From assembly GCF_037902255.1 (NCBI RefSeq), contig NZ_CP147990.1, positions 4,320,001 to 4,352,000 of the forward strand: a stretch of 32,000 bases of DNA. Direction: 5' to 3'. Positions within the stretch are counted from its first letter, which is position 1; each line of letters begins with the position of its first letter. The notes under the pieces are model-generated. The model ran no database searches and was not told the origin of the DNA. It saw only the letters and a list, made by a program, of their open reading frames with translations. A program made the position numbers and the translations under genes. Below are positions 27,855 through 32,000 of this stretch, piece after piece. This stretch comes from Candidatus Electrothrix sp. GW3-4. GTDB taxonomy: Bacteria > Desulfobacterota > Desulfobulbia > Desulfobulbales > Desulfobulbaceae.

Positions 27855-29951
27855 ATGTCAAATCGAATACTGATTATCACAGGCGACACCGCCGATGCCA
27901 GGGTGCTGCAGAATGCCCTCAATGAAGCAAAAGACAATCGGTTTATTATTGAACGCTTGACGAAGCTCTCTGACGGTCTCAAACGGATTCGTAAAGGCGG
28001 CGTTGATGCCATTATGGCGAATCTGTCCCTTTCCGACAGTCAGGGGATTAAAACATTTGACAAGCTTTTTACTGTGGCGCCTCACACGCCGATCATGGTT
28101 CTCAGCGCCCTGGATGACGAAATGCTTACAACAGAAGCTGTCCAAAGCGGCGCGCAAGGCTATCTGACGAAAGGTAACTTTGAAAGTTACCTGTTATCGC
28201 AGTCGCTGCATAACATGATCCAGCGTAAGGCAATTGAGGAAACGTTTTTTATAGAAAAAGCACGCGCGGAAATCACACTCAACTCGATCAGCGACGCGGT
28301 TATCAGCACAGATGTATCTGGTAATGTTGATTATTTGAACACGGCTGCGGAAACCATGACCGGTTGGTCAAGAGAAGAAGCGCAGGGACATCCCATCAGC
28401 GAAGTTATGCAAATTATCAATGGCGTGACGCGCAAGCCCGAAAGCAATCCGGTTTATTTTATATTGCAGCAAAACAAATCGAAGGCCCTAGCTGCTGGCA
28501 CGATCCTGATCCGACGCGACGGAAACGAAGCGGCCATTGAAGATTCAGCAGCACCGATTCATGATTGGGATGGAAAACTTGCGGGTGCCGTGATTGTGTT
28601 TCACGATATTACGGCCTCACAAGTGATGATTTTGAAAATGGCGCATCTGGCGCAACACGATTTCCTGACAGACTTGCCGAATCGTATGCTGCTGAGTGAC
28701 CGTATCGCTCAGTCGATTGCTTTAGCGAAACGGCAAGGTACTCAATTGGCTGTGTTGTACCTGGACCTGGATAATTTCAAGCACATCAATGATTCTCTCG
28801 GACACTTGGTCGGTGATAAATTACTGCAATCTGTTGCACAAAGTCTACAAGCGTGCGTTCGCAGTTCTGACACGGTAAGCCGGCAGGGTGGTGATGAATT
28901 CATAGTACTGGTGACGGAGAACAAATATGTGGAACATACTGCCAATACTGCCAACAGGATACTCACTGTGTTATCAGCACCGTATTCCATCGGCGAGCAG
29001 GATATTCATGTGACGACCAGCATCGGTATCAGTGTCTATCCTGAGGACGGCCAGGATTCGGAAACATTGATCAAGAAGGCAGATACCGCAATGTACCACG
29101 CCAAGGAAAAGGGACGCAATAACTACCAGTTTTTTAAAAGCGAGATGAATGTTCGCGCAGTTGAACGGCAATTCATCGAAGTCCAATTGAGGCGGGCACT
29201 GGATCAACAGATATTTATATTGCATTACCAGCCCAAGGTCAATCTGGATACAGGTGTTATTACCGGAGTCGAGGCATTGCTGCGTATGATAGAACCGGGT
29301 TCCGGTATGGTGCTGCCCGATCGTTTTGTGTCGATCGCTGAAGATTGCGGCCTGATTGTTCCTATCGGTCAATGGGTGCTGCGGGAAGCATGTTCGCAAA
29401 CCATGAGGTGGAAAAGAGCCGGGCTGAAAACAGTTCCTGTTGCAGTCAACATTTCTGCACTGGAATTACGGCAGAAGGATTTCGTTAAAGATGTTCTTGT
29501 TATCTTGAAAGAAACAGGCCTGGAGGCTGATTGTCTGCAACTGGAGATTACCGAAGATGTATTGATGAGTGATACCGAGTCCAACATTGAAACACTCAGG
29601 CAGTTTAAGAAGATGGGGGTTCAGCTGACGGTGGACAATTTTGGCACCGGTTATTCCAGCTTGAGTTATCTGAATAAATTTCCGATTGATATCCTTAAAA
29701 TCGACCGTTCATTCGTGCATGACATTGGCTCCATTAACGACAATGGTGCTATCGCCGGAGCGATCATTGCCATGGGCATCAGTCTCAAACAACAGGTGGT
29801 CGCCGAAGGTGTGGAGGAACGGGCGCAACTAACCTTCCTGAAAGAACGGAATTGCGAAGAGGGGCAAGGTTTCTTTTTCAGTCATCCCTTGTTTGCTGAG
29901 CAATTCGCAGTACTGTTGACAACAGGCATATCCGAAACGTGCTGCAGGTAA
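27855..29951 (+). CDS. Receiver-like domain / PAS / GGDEF / EAL signalling protein (c-di-GMP turnover)
   Basis: ORF 27828..29951 starts at a TTG; I prefer the ATG at 27855. The REC-like N-terminus has Asn56 where the phospho-acceptor Asp is expected. The PAS domain contains SISDAVISTDVSGNVDYLN. The GGDEF motif is intact (RQGGDEFIVL). The EAL motifs are intact (EALLRM, DNFGTGYSSL, KIDRSF, QGFFFSHP). Confidence 0.88.
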   Translation: MSNRILIITGDTADARVLQNALNEAKDNRFIIERLTKLSDGLKRIRKGGVDAIMANLSLSDSQGIKTFDKLFTVAPHTPIMVLSALDDEMLTTEAVQSGAQGYLTKGNFESYLLSQSLHNMIQRKAIEETFFIEKARAEITLNSISDAVISTDVSGNVDYLNTAAETMTGWSREEAQGHPISEVMQIINGVTRKPESNPVYFILQQNKSKALAAGTILIRRDGNEAAIEDSAAPIHDWDGKLAGAVIVFHDITASQVMILKMAHLAQHDFLTDLPNRMLLSDRIAQSIALAKRQGTQLAVLYLDLDNFKHINDSLGHLVGDKLLQSVAQSLQACVRSSDTVSRQGGDEFIVLVTENKYVEHTANTANRILTVLSAPYSIGEQDIHVTTSIGISVYPEDGQDSETLIKKADTAMYHAKEKGRNNYQFFKSEMNVRAVERQFIEVQLRRALDQQIFILHYQPKVNLDTGVITGVEALLRMIEPGSGMVLPDRFVSIAEDCGLIVPIGQWVLREACSQTMRWKRAGLKTVPVAVNISALELRQKDFVKDVLVILKETGLEADCLQLEITEDVLMSDTESNIETLRQFKKMGVQLTVDNFGTGYSSLSYLNKFPIDILKIDRSFVHDIGSINDNGAIAGAIIAMGISLKQQVVAEGVEERAQLTFLKERNCEEGQGFFFSHPLFAEQFAVLLTTGISETCCR

Positions 29952-29954
29952 GGT

Positions 29955-30169
29955 CGAATATCTTTTCGTCTTGCTCTTTCGGCTTTCGGGCGTGTGCCGA
30001 ATCCCTTGCAAGCGAAAACGCGAGCCGCCTGGCCGCCATGCAGCGTGCCGACAAAAACATCAACGAATTGCTGGAAGACCTCAATCGGACGTTCCATAGT
30101 TTGCACCAGAGCGGCATTGACGAGGAACTGTTCGACGTCATCTCGGGCTTTGAATCGCTGAGCGTATAG
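29955..30169 (+). pseudogene. Truncated second copy of the atpG 3' end (about the last 70 codons)
   Basis: 29996-30165 aligns without gaps to atpG 26202-26371 with 11 mismatches in 170 nt (my count). Homology starts at cgaatatctttt (29955 versus 26168) and has indels in its first roughly 40 nt. The fragment starts 3 nt after the stop of the GGDEF-EAL gene. It has no 5' part and no start context. Confidence 0.85.
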
Positions 30170-30246
30170 AGAGGATTCGTTTGTTGCTAAACAAGCAACA
30201 GAACTCAGCTATGCTGTCCGCTTTCGCGTGGTCTTCAAGTAGTTAT

Positions 30247-30300
30247 CCCCGGATCAATTGCAATACATTGATCCGGGGATGCCCTATTTTTCCACGAATA
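30247..30300. repeat. Hairpin plus conserved tail, second copy of the element that forms the riboswitch terminator region at 15651-15705
   Basis: The stem is CCCCGGATCAAT...ATTGATCCGGGG (30247-30278), followed by the tail ATGCCCTATTTTTCCACGAATA. Positions 30270-30300 match 15674-15705 at 29 of 32 aligned columns, including an exact 16-mer GATCCGGGGATGCCCT and an exact 10-mer TCCACGAATA. Confidence 0.85.
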
Positions 30301-30361
30301 ACTCGACGCATCTCTCCCTTGTCCACGGGGAGCGAAACGCCCCTCCAGGATTCACCTATGA

Positions 30362-31438
30362 CTATTTTGGCCTTCGGCTGCAGGCTGTAACCAGGAGCGC
30401 CATGCGAGCGTCTGCTGGCCCCGGACCGGGGTGAAAGGGGGCAAAATCACCCACACCGGCGACAACCAGCGCCATACTGGGAATCACAGTGACGGTCTCC
30501 TTATTCCAATGCCCATTGGCCTGAAAGCTGTCTTCTGGCAGGCTGGGCCAGATCCTCTTGCCCGTATTGAACCACCAGTTCATCCCGTAATTGCCAGGGC
30601 CAAAGCGGGACTGGTTGCCGCTGCCCCCATAGGTGCCGATCCCTAAATAATCCCGGGCTGGCTTTACAGAGATGGGCAGTGATTCCGGGACCTGATTGTT
30701 GAGGTAGCGTGCAAAGAAATCCTCACTCAAGAGTTGCTTGTCCTTCCATTTGCCTTTATTGAGCCAGAACCAGCCGATCCGGGCAAAATCCCTGGGAGAG
30801 GTATGGACAAACCAGCCATATCTTCCCACCTGTTCAAAGACATCGCCATCCTGAAATTGCAGGGTTCCGAGCCTGTTCTTCTCCATGAGGATCTGATTGG
30901 GATCAGCAGCAAAAACCCTGTTGAAGAGGGTGTTATGGTAGAGTTTGATCGCGTAATCATTATAGGCAAAGGCCTGGCCAGGAGACTCGCGCCGGGCATA
31001 GCCGCTGGTCATATTCGCCAGATGATGGAAGGTTATCTCTTGGTCTTTTCCCAGCAGCTCGGGCAGAAAGGGGTTGACCTTCCCGTTGATCTCCAGCTTA
31101 CCCTCCTGAGCTGCAAAGAGCAGGAGGGTGCTGAGCACTGGTTTGGTGGCTGAGGCCCACATGGTGCGGCCCCTTGGGTTGCCCCAGGTCTTGATCAGGT
31201 AGCCGTTTTTGATAATAACCCCAGAGCCTCCAACGGCCTGGGTAAATTGCTCCAGGGGCTCTGCATTCCCGCATAAAGACTCAGCAGGTCGCTGTTTCCA
31301 CTCCTTTCCCGGAAAAACGAGGTGTTTTGTCTCGTTTTTTGCTCTGGAGCGCTGCTCCGTCATGTCTTGGGAAAGTGGGGAACAAAGAGAGAGGAGACCG
31401 AGGTAGCAGAAAAGGAGCAGATACGGAGCGTTACGCAT
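30362..31438 (-). CDS. Secreted serine hydrolase of the beta-lactamase/transpeptidase-like family
   Basis: ORF 30362..31552. I prefer the ATG at 31438, which gives a signal peptide MRNAPYLLLFCYLGLLSLCSP. Has an SxxK motif (SATK) and a YxN motif (YHN). Confidence 0.75.
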   Translation of the reverse strand: MRNAPYLLLFCYLGLLSLCSPLSQDMTEQRSRAKNETKHLVFPGKEWKQRPAESLCGNAEPLEQFTQAVGGSGVIIKNGYLIKTWGNPRGRTMWASATKPVLSTLLLFAAQEGKLEINGKVNPFLPELLGKDQEITFHHLANMTSGYARRESPGQAFAYNDYAIKLYHNTLFNRVFAADPNQILMEKNRLGTLQFQDGDVFEQVGRYGWFVHTSPRDFARIGWFWLNKGKWKDKQLLSEDFFARYLNNQVPESLPISVKPARDYLGIGTYGGSGNQSRFGPGNYGMNWWFNTGKRIWPSLPEDSFQANGHWNKETVTVIPSMALVVAGVGDFAPFHPGPGPADARMALLVTACSRRPK

Positions 31439-31451
31439 ACCCCGCGCTCTG

Positions 31452-32000
31452 TTAGCTCGCACGGTATCGTTTTCTGAAACGGGCCAGGAAAAGACCAGAG
31501 GAAGAGAGCAGGGCAATGGCAGTAATAATTTGTTCTGCCGGTGAGAACTCAACCAGGAAAAAGCTGGCCGTGAGTAGGGGCAAGAGGAGTATCCGGACCA
31601 AAAAGCGGATGATGTTATGCTGGCGGATGAAATCGGCGATAGGTGGAGAATAGGTGTAATAGAGTTTGACCAAATACAAACCAGGCTGATTTGTCATCAG
31701 ATAGAGGTCGCGGAATCTTTTCAGGAGGACAACCTGGGGCTCAAGCCCTGTTCCGTAGGCTGCGGTGGCAATGAAACAGCCCCCGCCCCCGCTCCCACTG
31801 CTGGCATTTTGGCTATTAACCAGTTGCGAGTAGAAGCCCTGAGCTATTTTTACGGACCCATCTTCATTGGGGTGGATTCCGTCAACCGTGAGACTGGACC
31901 AGTCTGAGACCACATTGGCGTAGGTATCAACCAGTGTGGTATTGCCGCTTTGCGCCAGATTGATGATACCTGGGTTATAGTTTTCCGGCTGATAGCCTGT
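31452..32000 (-). CDS. SGNH/GDSL-type hydrolase C-terminal part with a CFI-box-like C-terminal membrane anchor (5' end outside the window)
   Basis: The reading frame is open to the window edge ([34 protein letters not shown]...). DGIHPNEDG matches SGNH block V (DxxH). A Gly-rich linker is followed by [27 protein letters not shown]...[12 protein letters not shown] and then hydrophobic segments. Confidence 0.7.
   Translation of the reverse strand, partial: TGYQPENYNPGIINLAQSGNTTLVDTYANVVSDWSSLTVDGIHPNEDGSVKIAQGFYSQLVNSQNASSGSGGGGCFIATAAYGTGLEPQVVLLKRFRDLYLMTNQPGLYLVKLYYTYSPPIADFIRQHNIIRFLVRILLLPLLTASFFLVEFSPAEQIITAIALLSSSGLFLARFRKRYRAS

Overview
32-kb chromosomal window. Gene content and composition suggest a Desulfobacterota/deltaproteobacterium-type genome, but that is only a guess.

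**1-12.5 kb:** mostly housekeeping genes: ACR3 arsenite exporter, a lone half-size UPF0016/GDT1 protein, nitroreductase, an AICAR-transformylase-only PurH-like protein, glyQ, metG and a GH13 glycosidase. GC-rich palindromic REP-like elements sit in the intergenic regions. Between metG and the GH13 gene lies a low-GC, translationally coupled two-gene cassette: an ABC/SMC-type ATPase plus a small Toprim-like protein. This is a split-OLD/PARIS-like candidate anti-phage module that I cannot assign to a named system.

**12.6-15.9 kb (minus strand):** a cobalamin-riboswitch-controlled btuF-like/exbB/exbD/tonB operon.

**16-30.3 kb:** a compositionally mosaic accessory region.
- It starts with an IS630-family element flanked by a TA duplication.
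- Next is a complete N-type ATPase operon, atpDCQRBEFAG, with three extra small membrane/stress genes embedded in it. One is a 59-codon Pmp3/YqaE gene between atpF and atpA that the ORF track missed. The other two are YtxH and DUF948 genes between atpA and atpG.
- Two cargo modules follow: a tandem PRC-barrel protein with a coiled-coil protein, then a pseudo-receiver-PAS-GGDEF-EAL protein. Each module ends in a diverged remnant of the atpG 3' end.

**Right edge:** a serine hydrolase and a partial SGNH hydrolase with a CFI-box-like C-terminal anchor.

No rRNA, tRNA or CRISPR array was recognised. All calls come from reading motifs by eye; no database search was possible.
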